Origin: Vicinamibacterales bacterium
GTDB taxonomy: Bacteria > Acidobacteriota > Vicinamibacteria > Vicinamibacterales > UBA8438
Length of the DNA stretch: 64,000 nt
Assembly: GCA_965207665.1 (NCBI GenBank)
Contig: CBDBMV010000002.1
Span: 2,905,704 to 2,969,703 of the forward strand
Direction of reading: 5' to 3'
Shown in pieces: positions 53,216-61,950 of the stretch. The notes beneath the pieces were generated by a model. It made no database searches. It was given only the letters and a program-made list of their open reading frames with translations, and was not told where the DNA came from. Positions within the stretch are counted from its first letter, which is position 1. Each line of letters opens with the position of its first letter. The translations under genes were made by a program, and so were the position numbers.

Positions 53216-55596
53216 GGCTCCGGCACTTCCCGCATCCGGAACGCCTCGCTCGACGCGACGGCCAGCACGAGCGTCGACCAGCGGTTGTCGCTCGCCTCGA
53301 GCTCTCTCACCATACGCCGGATGGTCGGTGCATCACGATAGCTCAACCCGCGGCCCAGCGCATAGGTCAGCAGCTTTTCCGCTGCGGTGCGCACGAAAGC
53401 ACGATCGCCCTGCCGGAGCAACGCCTCCCGGAAGGCGGACGGACTATCGACGATCTCACCGGACAGCTCGATCGTTGCGTTGATGTCCGCGCCCTCGTCG
53501 GTTTCGCGCCACTGGCCGACCGCATCGTAGTGCTCCAGCGCGAAGCCCAACGGATCGATCAGGTTGTGGCAGCTCGCGCAGACGGGGTTGCCGCGATGCT
53601 GCTCCATCCGCTCTCGCAGCGATGCGGGCGCCTCGCCGGCCTCGTTCTCCTCGAGCGCCGGCACGTTCGGCGGGGGCGGCGGTGGCGGTGACCCCAGCAG
53701 GTTCTCCAGGATCCACTTCCCGCGCAGCACGACCGACGTCCGGTTCGGATACGAGGTGACGGTGAGCACGCTGCCGTGCCCGAGCAGCCCGAAGCGCCGG
53801 TCGTCATCCAGCGTCACCCGGCGCAGGTGACTCCCGTAGATGTCGTCAATCCCGTAGTGGCGCGCCAGGCGCTCGTTCAGGAACGTGTAGTCGGCGCGCA
53901 GCAACTCGGGAATCGGCCTGTCCTCGCGCAACTGGCTCTCGAAGAAGAGCTTCGTCTCGCGCACCATCGCGTCGCGCAGCGTCGGGTCGAAGCCGCGAAA
54001 GAGGCGCCGGTCCGGCTCGTGGGAGCGCAGGTTACGCACCTGCAGCCACTGCTCCACGAAGTCATCCATGAAACGCGTCGCGCGACGGTCGCCGAGCATG
54101 CGGCGGACCTGCTCCAACAGCGTGCCCGGCTCGGACAAACGACCCTCGGCGGCCAGGTCGAGCAGCTCGTCATCCGGGATGCTGCGCCAGAGGAAGAACG
54201 ACAACCTGGATGCCAGCTCGACATCGCTCAACCGGTAGACCGTTCCGGGCGCCACTCCGTCCGGGTCGCTTTCAACGCGGATGAGGAAGTGCGGAGACGA
54301 CAGCACGCCCTCCAGGGCCAGTCCGACCCCGGCTTCGAATCCGCCGTCTGACCGGCCCGCCCGGTAGAGGTCGACGAGGGGCTCGACGTCGGACTCGGTC
54401 AGCGGGCGACGATACGCCCGCCGCGCGAGCCGCTGGATGATCTCCCGCGCGCACGACTCGTCATCGGCGCCGGCGTTCGTCCCGGCGGGCCGGCAGACGA
54501 GCACCCGGCGCCGACTCGGCGTCTCGTCCGGCACCGTGCCGTCGAACGGGCCCGAGATCTCCAGTTGATCGACACCCACTGGTGAACCGGGGTTGACCGC
54601 CGACGGCATCGAGTTCGTGAAGGCCGCGGCCACGGTCCGCGTGCCGGCCTCGATCCGCACGCGCACTTCCAGGTCGTCGTCGGCGTGCATGAGGTACTCG
54701 TGCACCTGCTGGCCCAGGACGTCGTCCTCGTCAATCGCGACCATCGTTCCGGAATTCAGCAGGCCCTTGTAGCGGCCGCCGATCGTGAAGCGTTTGATCA
54801 GCGCGTGGTCCACGCGCAACTCGATCTGGTGCTCGTCCTCTTCAATGCCCGCCACCCCTCCGCTGCCCCGCTTCAGGCGCAGCCTGAAGACGTAGTCCCC
54901 ATCGAGCGGGAAGTTGTGTCGCACCGCCACGCCGCCGCGCGTGGCGAACGGCATGTTCTCGCCCATCCGCGCATCCTGCCGCGCGGTCGGCCGCACCTCG
55001 TAGACGTGTCCTGCCGGCCGGTTCTCGAGGCTCCCCAGCGCCATGCGGCTGATCCGCATCGCCGTGGTCATGTAGCGCGACATCAGCGCCGGTGTAATCG
55101 TCAGCGCGTCGGCGTTGTTGTCGAAGCCGAAACCGGCCAGGTCGCTGGGCAGGAGCGCGTCGCCGTCGATCTCCAGCGCCAGCAGGTCATAGACCGCGTT
55201 GACGTACTCCGTGCGGTTCAGGCGGCGGGAGGCGACCCACCCGGCGCTGGGGGCGCCGGACGCCGCGGCCGCGTCGAGCGAGGTCTCGAGCCCCGAAACG
55301 AAGTCGCTGACGACGGCCGGCTCCGGCCGTGGTCTCCCCTCGGGTGGCATCAGCCCGTCGCGAAGCTTCCGAACGACCTTCTCGAGCACCTCGGCGTTGG
55401 CCCCGACCGCGGCCACATCGACCTGCTCCAGGCTGAGCCCTCCGGTCATGAGGCGATCGTTGTGGCAGGTCACGCAGTAGCGGCCGAACAGCGGGTGCGT
55501 CGCCGGCGCAGCTTGAGCGGCGGCCGGGCGCGGAAGGACACCGGCGGCCACCACACCGGCGAGCCCGACGGCCGCGAGGATCCTGCTGCCGGGCAT
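53212..55596 (-). CDS. PSCyt3/DUF1592/DUF1588/DUF1587/DUF1585/DUF1595-type multidomain haem-binding protein
   Basis: Start re-set to the ATG at 55596 (MPGSRILAAVGLAGVVAAGVLPRPAAAQ). CVTCHN near the N-terminus and CASCHNLIDPLGFALEHYDAVGQWR near the C-terminus. This is the canonical partner of DUF1552. Confidence 0.85.
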   Translation of the reverse strand: MPGSRILAAVGLAGVVAAGVLPRPAAAQAAPATHPLFGRYCVTCHNDRLMTGGLSLEQVDVAAVGANAEVLEKVVRKLRDGLMPPEGRPRPEPAVVSDFVSGLETSLDAAAASGAPSAGWVASRRLNRTEYVNAVYDLLALEIDGDALLPSDLAGFGFDNNADALTITPALMSRYMTTAMRISRMALGSLENRPAGHVYEVRPTARQDARMGENMPFATRGGVAVRHNFPLDGDYVFRLRLKRGSGGVAGIEEDEHQIELRVDHALIKRFTIGGRYKGLLNSGTMVAIDEDDVLGQQVHEYLMHADDDLEVRVRIEAGTRTVAAAFTNSMPSAVNPGSPVGVDQLEISGPFDGTVPDETPSRRRVLVCRPAGTNAGADDESCAREIIQRLARRAYRRPLTESDVEPLVDLYRAGRSDGGFEAGVGLALEGVLSSPHFLIRVESDPDGVAPGTVYRLSDVELASRLSFFLWRSIPDDELLDLAAEGRLSEPGTLLEQVRRMLGDRRATRFMDDFVEQWLQVRNLRSHEPDRRLFRGFDPTLRDAMVRETKLFFESQLREDRPIPELLRADYTFLNERLARHYGIDDIYGSHLRRVTLDDDRRFGLLGHGSVLTVTSYPNRTSVVLRGKWILENLLGSPPPPPPPNVPALEENEAGEAPASLRERMEQHRGNPVCASCHNLIDPLGFALEHYDAVGQWRETDEGADINATIELSGEIVDSPSAFREALLRQGDRAFVRTAAEKLLTYALGRGLSYRDAPTIRRMVRELEASDNRWSTLVLAVASSEAFRMREVPEP

Positions 55597-55600
55597 CGGG

Positions 55601-57229
55601 CTAGTTCTGCTGCTGACCTGCGCCGGCTGCGGCATCCTCTACGGAAACGTCGCGGAGGCGTTCCTGCACCGTCGCCGCCAAACCGAGGCTGGTGTCGGCC
55701 CCCAGCTCCTCCAGCAGCGCCGCCGTCTCGGGGAATTCCTGGAAGTAGAAGGACTGCTTGCTGCCTTCCGCCAGGCGGTACGGCGTGCGGCCCCGGAAGT
55801 CGCGTGCGTCGATGTCGGCGCCGTGGTTCACCAGGATCCGGATGACCTCGTTGAGCCCGCGGAACGCCGCGCCGTGGAGGGCCGTGAAGTCGGCTTCGTT
55901 GCGGGCTTCGACGGCGGCTCCGGCGTCCAGCAGGAGCGTCACGGCCGCCTCCGAGCTGGACGACCGCTTGCCGCGCCGCAGGTTCTTGTCGTTCGTATAG
56001 CGGCCCAGCCCCGCCGCCACCATGAGCGGCGTCGTGCCGTCGTCGGTGGCCAGGGTCGGGTCGGCGCCGGCAGCCAGCAGCCGCCGCATGACCTCGACGC
56101 CCTCTTCGCCGCCCTGGCACCCCGCGCCGCCGCACCCGGTGGGAATCGCAATACCGAATATCGGCTTGCCGTTCGCGCCCATGGAGGCAATCCACAAAGG
56201 CGTGGCGCCACGGAGGTCCCCCACGCCGGACGTATAGGTATCGAACGCGCCCCTGCGCGGGTACCCGAGATACTCCTCGAACACCGCGGAGTCCGTGATC
56301 CGCGCGTTCGGGTCGGCCCCGCGGGCAAGGAGCGCCTCGACGAGCGGCAGCCGCTGGCTCTCCGCCAACCCGCGGCCCCGGCTCGCGGCGCCGTGCTTCT
56401 GGTTCCACTCGGCCAGCCAGAACGCCATGTGTCCGGTCGCCGCGTGCAGGGCGGTCACGCCCGACACCTTCGCATTGGGGTCGGCGCCCTCTTCGAGCAG
56501 GAAGTGCGCAAACTCCGCCTGCCCGAGGACGATGGAGTACGGCAGCACGTGCGCCCCGTCCGCACCAACGGCGTCGATGTCGACACCGGCCACCAGCAGC
56601 GTGCGGGCCATCTCGATGTCGCCGTTGCGGGCGGCGATCATGAGGAGGGTGAACCCCTTGGCGGTCGAGACATCCAGATCCGCGCCGTGCTCTATCAGGC
56701 GATGGACGATGTCGGCGTACTGCCCTGCCACCGCCCACATCAGCGCGGTGTTGTGCGTCTCGACCGTCGCGGCGTTGACGTCGGCGCCCGCCGCCAGCAG
56801 CAGCCTGACGACCTCCGCGTTGCCGGTCTCGACCGCGGTCATGAGCGGCGTCAACCCGCTCGTCTGCGCCGCGTTCGGGTCGGCGCCTGCGTCGAGCAAC
56901 CGCTCGACCATGCCCGGACTGGCGTTCTCGCAGGCCCGCGCCAGCGCCGTCACGCCGTGGTCGTCGGCGGCGTTGACATTCGCGCCGGCCCGGAGCAGGA
57001 CGCCGGCCGCCTCCACGTCGTCCCAATGCGCGGCGTAGACGAGAGCCGTGACGCCGTCCGCCCGCGCGGCGTTCGCGTCAACGCCTTCCGCCAGCAGCGC
57101 CCGCGCGGCGGCCCAATCCTGATCCGCGGCGGCGTCGACCAGCCGCGCACCGTCCTGCCCGGCGGCCGGCGGGGCCGCCAACGCCAGCAAAGTGGCGGCA
57201 GCAGCCACACGGCCCATGTTCGAGGTCAT
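55601..57229 (-). CDS. Secreted ankyrin-repeat protein
   Basis: Signal peptide (MTSNMGRVAAAATLLALAAPPAAGQ), then many ANK units (e.g. DGVTALVYAAHWDDVEAAGVLLRAGANVNAADDHGVTAL, SGLTPLMTAVETGNAEVVRLLLAAGADVNA). It ends 4 nt before the next gene. Confidence 0.85.
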   Translation of the reverse strand: MTSNMGRVAAAATLLALAAPPAAGQDGARLVDAAADQDWAAARALLAEGVDANAARADGVTALVYAAHWDDVEAAGVLLRAGANVNAADDHGVTALARACENASPGMVERLLDAGADPNAAQTSGLTPLMTAVETGNAEVVRLLLAAGADVNAATVETHNTALMWAVAGQYADIVHRLIEHGADLDVSTAKGFTLLMIAARNGDIEMARTLLVAGVDIDAVGADGAHVLPYSIVLGQAEFAHFLLEEGADPNAKVSGVTALHAATGHMAFWLAEWNQKHGAASRGRGLAESQRLPLVEALLARGADPNARITDSAVFEEYLGYPRRGAFDTYTSGVGDLRGATPLWIASMGANGKPIFGIAIPTGCGGAGCQGGEEGVEVMRRLLAAGADPTLATDDGTTPLMVAAGLGRYTNDKNLRRGKRSSSSEAAVTLLLDAGAAVEARNEADFTALHGAAFRGLNEVIRILVNHGADIDARDFRGRTPYRLAEGSKQSFYFQEFPETAALLEELGADTSLGLAATVQERLRDVSVEDAAAGAGQQQN

Positions 57230-57289
57230 AGCCGCTTTCCCACGTCCATAGTAGCTGGATCTCACGGCTTCAGCCATGCGCTGACCGGG

Positions 57290-58228
57290 CTACCGCGACC
57301 GGTCGCCATCGCGCGCCCGCGCGCCGCGCAGGATGTTGAGCATGCCGTAGTTGCCCTCGTGGCAGGCGTATTCGAACAGCGTCCCGTCCAGTGCGGTCAT
57401 GGGTATCGAAGCGCTCCACGGCGCGGCGTACGTCGTGGGATCGAAAACCGTGAACTCGTAATCGATCGCATCCGCGCCCACGCGCGTGAACCGCTCGACC
57501 AGCCGCAGGTTCTCTCCGGCCCCGAGCACGAGCGGCAGGCCGCTGGTTGCGCTCAGCGCACGCTCGTCGGCCTTGGCGTCGAAGTTCGTGGTCTCGACAA
57601 CCAGGGTCTCGCCTTCCCACCGTGCGCGCGAGTCGCCCAGCCACTGCCGAATCCGCGCCGGCAGGTGCGGTCGTCCATCCAGCGGGATGACGCGTGCCTC
57701 GTGGACCATCTCGACCAGAATCACGACGTAGTCCGGCGTCTGAACGATCTGGTAGTTGTGGTTGTAGAAGCCGGGAATCATCGCGCCGGGCAGCCCGCGC
57801 GTGATGCAGCGGTCGTACAGGTTCAAGTCGGCGAACGAGTCCGGGTCGGTCACGCCGCGCCGCGCGTCGGCGAAGAACGCGTCCTTCGCGCGGACGCGCT
57901 CGGTCAGCGCGGGCAGCCGGCCATCGGACGGATCGATGATGAGGGTCGCCTGCGCCGACCCACCTCCCGATTCCAGCCAGAAGCTGTTGTAGGCGCCGGT
58001 GGCGTTGTTGGCCTGCCGTTCACCGCCGCGCGTGAACCGTTCGTCCCGCTCGGACCGCTCCTCGTCAGTGAAAGGCCGCTGGAATGGAGTTGTGGTCGTG
58101 TTGGTCCAGGCGCCCTGCAGGTCGGGATCGCCCCAGGGCGTGCGCCAGGTCTGTTCACCACCCGGTTGTGCGCCGAACAGGCCGGGCGCCGGCAGGATAC
58201 ACAGCATCAACAGGATTGCCCGTTTCAT
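57290..58228 (-). CDS. Secreted X-domain protein, paralogue 5 of 6
   Basis: Start re-set to the ATG at 58228 (MKRAILLMLCILPAPGLFGAQ). TPWGDPDLQGAW, LIIDPSDGRLPALT, DRC, HEARVIPLDGRPH, IRQWLGDSRARWEGETLVVETTNF, LRLVERFTR, FEYACHEGNY. Confidence 0.8.
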   Translation of the reverse strand: MKRAILLMLCILPAPGLFGAQPGGEQTWRTPWGDPDLQGAWTNTTTTPFQRPFTDEERSERDERFTRGGERQANNATGAYNSFWLESGGGSAQATLIIDPSDGRLPALTERVRAKDAFFADARRGVTDPDSFADLNLYDRCITRGLPGAMIPGFYNHNYQIVQTPDYVVILVEMVHEARVIPLDGRPHLPARIRQWLGDSRARWEGETLVVETTNFDAKADERALSATSGLPLVLGAGENLRLVERFTRVGADAIDYEFTVFDPTTYAAPWSASIPMTALDGTLFEYACHEGNYGMLNILRGARARDGDRSR

Positions 58229-58270
58229 CACCCACCTCGCTGTTGCAGTCCGCATGTCGGCCCTCCCGGA

Positions 58271-60277
58271 TCAGCGTGACCCCAGGCGCTCCAGCCGGCG
58301 CGCGCCGGCCAGGATGTTCGTCAGCGCGTAGTTTCCCTCGTGGCACGCGGCCTCGTAGATCTGGTTGCGGCGGTTGTCCTCCTCCGCCAGCGGGAGCTCG
58401 ATTGTCCACGGCCGCGTCCATACCGTCGGATCGTCGACGGTCACCCGATGAATGAGCCGGTCGGGGCCGACCCGCGTGAAGCGTTCGACGAGGTGGAGAT
58501 TGTCGCGCGAGCCGCGGAAGCTGGTCCTGGACGTGAAGTTCGTGACGTCCACCACCAGCGTGTCGCCCTCCCAGTGCCCTTTCGAGTGCCCGAGCCACTG
58601 GCGAACATGGGCCGGCGGGTGCGGGCGGCCGTCGAGATGGATCGTGCGGTAGGCGCCGCCGTGATGGCCGTACTCCTGGTAGATCGTTACCGCCGACGGG
58701 CTCTGGACGATGCGGCTGAAGGTGCCCGTGCTCACCCGAACGAACGGCAACGTGACACCCAGGCAGCGGTCGCTCGGACGGTCCTCCGGATTGTCGGTGT
58801 TCTCGCTGCTGCCGGCATCGACGAAGTATGGAATCGGATCGCCCTCGGCAGTGGTGGCAAGGGGCGCGCCGCCGCGGCGGCCGTCGCGCACGCCGCGCGC
58901 CCGGGCGTCCGCGGTGAGCGGCGGCATCCTGCCGTCCGGCGGATCGACGATCAGGGAGGTGCGCCTGGTCCAGATCACCCGGTCGCCGCGGCCGGTGAAC
59001 GCGTCGTTGTACGCGCCCTCGACGTCGGCGACGGTGCCGCCTTCCGGGCGGAAGTCGCGACCCGGCGAGGCTTCCTGCGCCCCCTCCAGCTCGGCGACCT
59101 CCGCGTCGGTCAGGTACTCGCGCCCGTCGAACCGCGGGGGACGTTCCAGCGGCGTCAGCGTATAGCCGGGGCTCCAGATGCCCTGGAGGTCGGGATGCCC
59201 CCATGCCGTGCGCGGCGGTTTCCAGGCGCCGGCATCGGCCGCGGGCGCGGGCGGGCCGGGTATGCGGCCCTCCGTGTTCAGCCGGATACGGTAGATCCCC
59301 GTCCGCGCCGTGATGTACAGCGTACGGCCGTCATCGCCCCATGCGAGGTTGGCGGGCGCCTCGGCCGGGCTGATCGTGCCGAGGTGGTCTCCACCGGGCG
59401 ACAGCAGCCAGATGCCGCCCGGACCCGTCGCAAACACGTTGCCCGCCAGATCGACCTTCATGCCATCGCGTCCGCCCGTGAGCGCCGGGTCGTCGATCGC
59501 GTAGAAGACGCGCCCGTTCGTGGCGCCGCCGGGGCCCAGGTCGTAAGCCTTCCAGGGACCGCGCGTGTTGGCGACGTACAGCGTCCGTTCGTCGGGCGAC
59601 AGCGCGATGCCGTTGGGCGCGTCCTCCCTGGCAAGCAGCTCGAGGCGGCCGTCCGTGTGCAGCCGGTAGACGCCGTTGTAGTCGAGCTCGCGGAGCGGGG
59701 ATTCCTCGTACCCGTCCAGGCCGTACGACGGATCGGTGAAGTACAGCGTCCCATCTGCGGCGATGTCGATGTCGTTGGGGCTGTTGAGGCGCCTGCCCTC
59801 GTAGCTGTCCGCGAGCACGGTGCGGGTGCCGTCGGCTTCGATGCGCGAAACCACCCGGTTGCCGTGCTCGCAGATGACGAGGCGTCCCTCGGCGTCGATG
59901 GTCAAGCCGTTCGGCGTGGGGTTGCGCCCCGTGAGATCACCTTCGAACCACGGCGCGCGAAAGACGCTCGCGCCTTCGGCCGCGGTCCACTGGTAGATGT
60001 GCCGGTCGCGGACTTCGGAAAACAGCAGGCGCGACTCGCTCCGCACCCACACCGGCCCCTCCGTGAACATGTAGCCGTCGGCGAGCTTCTCGATGCGTGC
60101 GCCGGCCGGGACCAGGGCGTCCAGACGCGGGTCGACGCGAAGGATCGTCCCGTCGCCGGCCGGCTCGGGCGCCGCCGGCACACGCGCACCCGCCGTGGAT
60201 CGGTCGGGCGCCGGGGGCACACCGCACGCGGCCGCGACGGCGCCGAGACACAGCAAGGCGAGCAGCGGAGATCTCAT
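58271..60277 (-). CDS. Lipoprotein fusion: SMP-30/gluconolactonase/LRE-like six-bladed propeller + X domain (paralogue 6 of 6)
   Basis: The track ORF 58271..61798 is over-extended. The ATG at 60277 gives MRSPLLALLCLGAVAAACG (lipobox). SGL motifs: FTEGPVW, PNGLTIDAEGRLVICEHG, NSPNDIDIAADGTLYFTDP, PNGIALSPDERTLYVANT, DGMKVDLAGNVFAT. The X domain begins at about 59225: RTAWGHPDLQGIW, TPLERP, SLIVDPPDGRMPPLT, DRC, HLDGRPHPPAHVRQWLGHSKGHWEGDTLVVDVTNF, LHLVERFTR, EAACHEGNY. Confidence 0.8.
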   Translation of the reverse strand: MRSPLLALLCLGAVAAACGVPPAPDRSTAGARVPAAPEPAGDGTILRVDPRLDALVPAGARIEKLADGYMFTEGPVWVRSESRLLFSEVRDRHIYQWTAAEGASVFRAPWFEGDLTGRNPTPNGLTIDAEGRLVICEHGNRVVSRIEADGTRTVLADSYEGRRLNSPNDIDIAADGTLYFTDPSYGLDGYEESPLRELDYNGVYRLHTDGRLELLAREDAPNGIALSPDERTLYVANTRGPWKAYDLGPGGATNGRVFYAIDDPALTGGRDGMKVDLAGNVFATGPGGIWLLSPGGDHLGTISPAEAPANLAWGDDGRTLYITARTGIYRIRLNTEGRIPGPPAPAADAGAWKPPRTAWGHPDLQGIWSPGYTLTPLERPPRFDGREYLTDAEVAELEGAQEASPGRDFRPEGGTVADVEGAYNDAFTGRGDRVIWTRRTSLIVDPPDGRMPPLTADARARGVRDGRRGGAPLATTAEGDPIPYFVDAGSSENTDNPEDRPSDRCLGVTLPFVRVSTGTFSRIVQSPSAVTIYQEYGHHGGAYRTIHLDGRPHPPAHVRQWLGHSKGHWEGDTLVVDVTNFTSRTSFRGSRDNLHLVERFTRVGPDRLIHRVTVDDPTVWTRPWTIELPLAEEDNRRNQIYEAACHEGNYALTNILAGARRLERLGSR

Positions 60278-60328
60278 GACTGCCTCCCGCACCGGCCAGC
60301 GTTTTCGGGCATGATCAACGCATGAAAC

Positions 60329-60646
60329 GTGCGAGTGACGACAACGCATGACCGCTACGGCTCGACGGACACGCCTCGCGTGAACGATTCGCCTCCGCCG
60401 GCCCCGGCACGCAGGCCGATCAGCCGCTGGGCCAGGCTCGGTACGATCCTGATGGTTTCGTCGCTGCCCCTTTGGCCGCTCCTGCTCGTGGTGCCGTTCT
60501 TTCCGATGAGCATCGCCGCTCGCGGCGCCGTCGGCACCGGCATCGTGATCCTCGCCGAAATCATGTTCTGGGGCGGGGCGGCGCTGGCGGGTCCGGAAGC
60601 AGCGCGCCGCGTCCGGTCGTGGTGGCGCCGGCCCCGCGGCAACTGA
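60329..60646 (+). CDS. Small two-helix membrane protein (resembles 'transporter suffix domain' proteins)
   Basis: The C-terminal ~65 aa (LGTILMVSSLPLWPLLLVVPFFPMS...GIVILAEIMFWGGAALAG...RRVRSWWRR) has the two-TM pattern of that family. The real start is probably internal, for example the ATG at 60452. Confidence 0.45.
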   Translation: MRVTTTHDRYGSTDTPRVNDSPPPAPARRPISRWARLGTILMVSSLPLWPLLLVVPFFPMSIAARGAVGTGIVILAEIMFWGGAALAGPEAARRVRSWWRRPRGN

Positions 60647-60663
60647 CCGCGCCCGCTCTCGTC

Positions 60664-61257
60664 CTACAGCTCGCGGATCCGGACGTTGCGGAACTTCACC
60701 ACTCCGGCGCCGTATTGCAGCGCAATCGGGCCGCTGGCGTAGGTCGAGTCGTTCATGTCCACGGTCTGGGTGCCGTTGAGCCGCACGGTCAGCCGCGTAC
60801 CCTCGGCCCTGATCTCGTACGTATTCCAGCGGCCGCCGGTGTGGATGACGCTCGTGGGCGCGGCGAAGTGGACGATGCCCCCGGTGCGGTAGGTCTGGTC
60901 GGGGCGCGTGTCGAAGATGTTCACCTCGTACGAGTTGTCGTCGCGCACGGACTCCCCGTCGGCGCAGCGCACGAAGATGCCACTGTTGGCCGGCTCGTCC
61001 ACCCAGAACTCGAGCGTCAGCTCGAAGTCGCCATACGAACGCGGCGTCACCAGGAAGCCCCTGCCGCTGTCGGCCCGCACGGCGTCGTCCTCCAGCGCCC
61101 AGTTGGCGTCGCCCAGCACGTTCCAGCCGTCCAGGCTGCTGCCGTCGAACAGCGTCGTCCACCCGCCGCCCGCCTGACCGGCGCCGGCCGGCGCGGCCTG
61201 CAGACCGAACGCCGCGATCAACAGTCCCACAACAATTGCAGTCACTTGCTTCATCAT
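60664..61257 (-). CDS. Secreted DUF1080 (3-keto-disaccharide hydrolase-like) domain protein
   Basis: Start re-set to the ATG at 61257 (MMKQVTAIVVGLLIAAFGLQAAPAGA). LFDGSSLDGWNVLGDANW..., GDFELTLEFW, ...GPIALQYGAGVVKFRNVRIREL. Confidence 0.85.
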   Translation of the reverse strand: MMKQVTAIVVGLLIAAFGLQAAPAGAGQAGGGWTTLFDGSSLDGWNVLGDANWALEDDAVRADSGRGFLVTPRSYGDFELTLEFWVDEPANSGIFVRCADGESVRDDNSYEVNIFDTRPDQTYRTGGIVHFAAPTSVIHTGGRWNTYEIRAEGTRLTVRLNGTQTVDMNDSTYASGPIALQYGAGVVKFRNVRIREL

Positions 61258-61338
61258 GCGTCTCCCCTGTTCTGGCAGCTCGCGCGAAGAACCCGCACGC
61301 ACGACGCCGCGCTGCTCTTATACCACGGTGATCGCCAT

Positions 61339-61950
61339 CTACGCCGCCGTCGACGGCGACCGGAGGCGCGGGAAGAAGCGTCCCGTCCGCGCCATGTAGC
61401 GCCGGTAGTCGTCGCCGAAGCGCTCGACGAGCTTCGCCTCCTCGGTCGCGGTCCGGACCCTCAGGAGGGCCACGGCCGCGAAGCCCGTCAGCGCGATGAA
61501 CCAGTTGGCGGTCGTGAGCGCGTTGGCGACGAAGGCAAGGGCGGTCGTGACATACAGCGGGTGCCGGACGTAGCCGTACGGACCGCTGGTAACCAGAGCA
61601 TGCTCGCGCCTCGTAACGACGGTATCCGTGATGTTCCGGCCGAGGCTGCGGAACGTCCAGATGGCAAGGGCCAGCGTAGGCAGACCGACCGCCACGCCGG
61701 TCCAGCGCAAGGCCGCGGGCAGGGGCACGGAGGCCCATGCCATCCAGGCCGGGTTGAGGACGAAAGCCACGAGGCCGCCCATGGCCGCCAGTCCGCACGG
61801 GCGCAGCGTGAGGAGGATGAACATTCCCTCCTGGCGGCGGTCGAGCGACTCGCCGCTCGCCTGCGACCGGATCCGGTGGTAGAGCGCAACCGGCACGAAA
61901 ACTGCCATCGCGACGGCCAGGATCAGCCGGAAGGTCTGATCGTCAGCCAT
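61339..61950 (-). CDS. Isoprenylcysteine carboxyl / phospholipid methyltransferase family membrane protein
   Basis: 203-aa polytopic protein. LVTSGPYGYVRHPLY...E.E..L...FG..Y..Y is the ICMT/PEMT signature. Confidence 0.8.
   Translation of the reverse strand: MADDQTFRLILAVAMAVFVPVALYHRIRSQASGESLDRRQEGMFILLTLRPCGLAAMGGLVAFVLNPAWMAWASVPLPAALRWTGVAVGLPTLALAIWTFRSLGRNITDTVVTRREHALVTSGPYGYVRHPLYVTTALAFVANALTTANWFIALTGFAAVALLRVRTATEEAKLVERFGDDYRRYMARTGRFFPRLRSPSTAA

Noticed and set aside
58271-61798. 1,175-aa ORF, and similar over-extended ORFs (5947..8535, 40627..42480, 16461..18275, 50292..51611), read as single large proteins
   Set aside because: The upstream parts overlap neighbouring genes that carry strong motifs in other frames, and they are low-complexity Arg/Pro/Gly. 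Internal ATGs followed by Sec, Tat or lipoprotein signals, which align with the paralogue N-termini, give the plausible starts.
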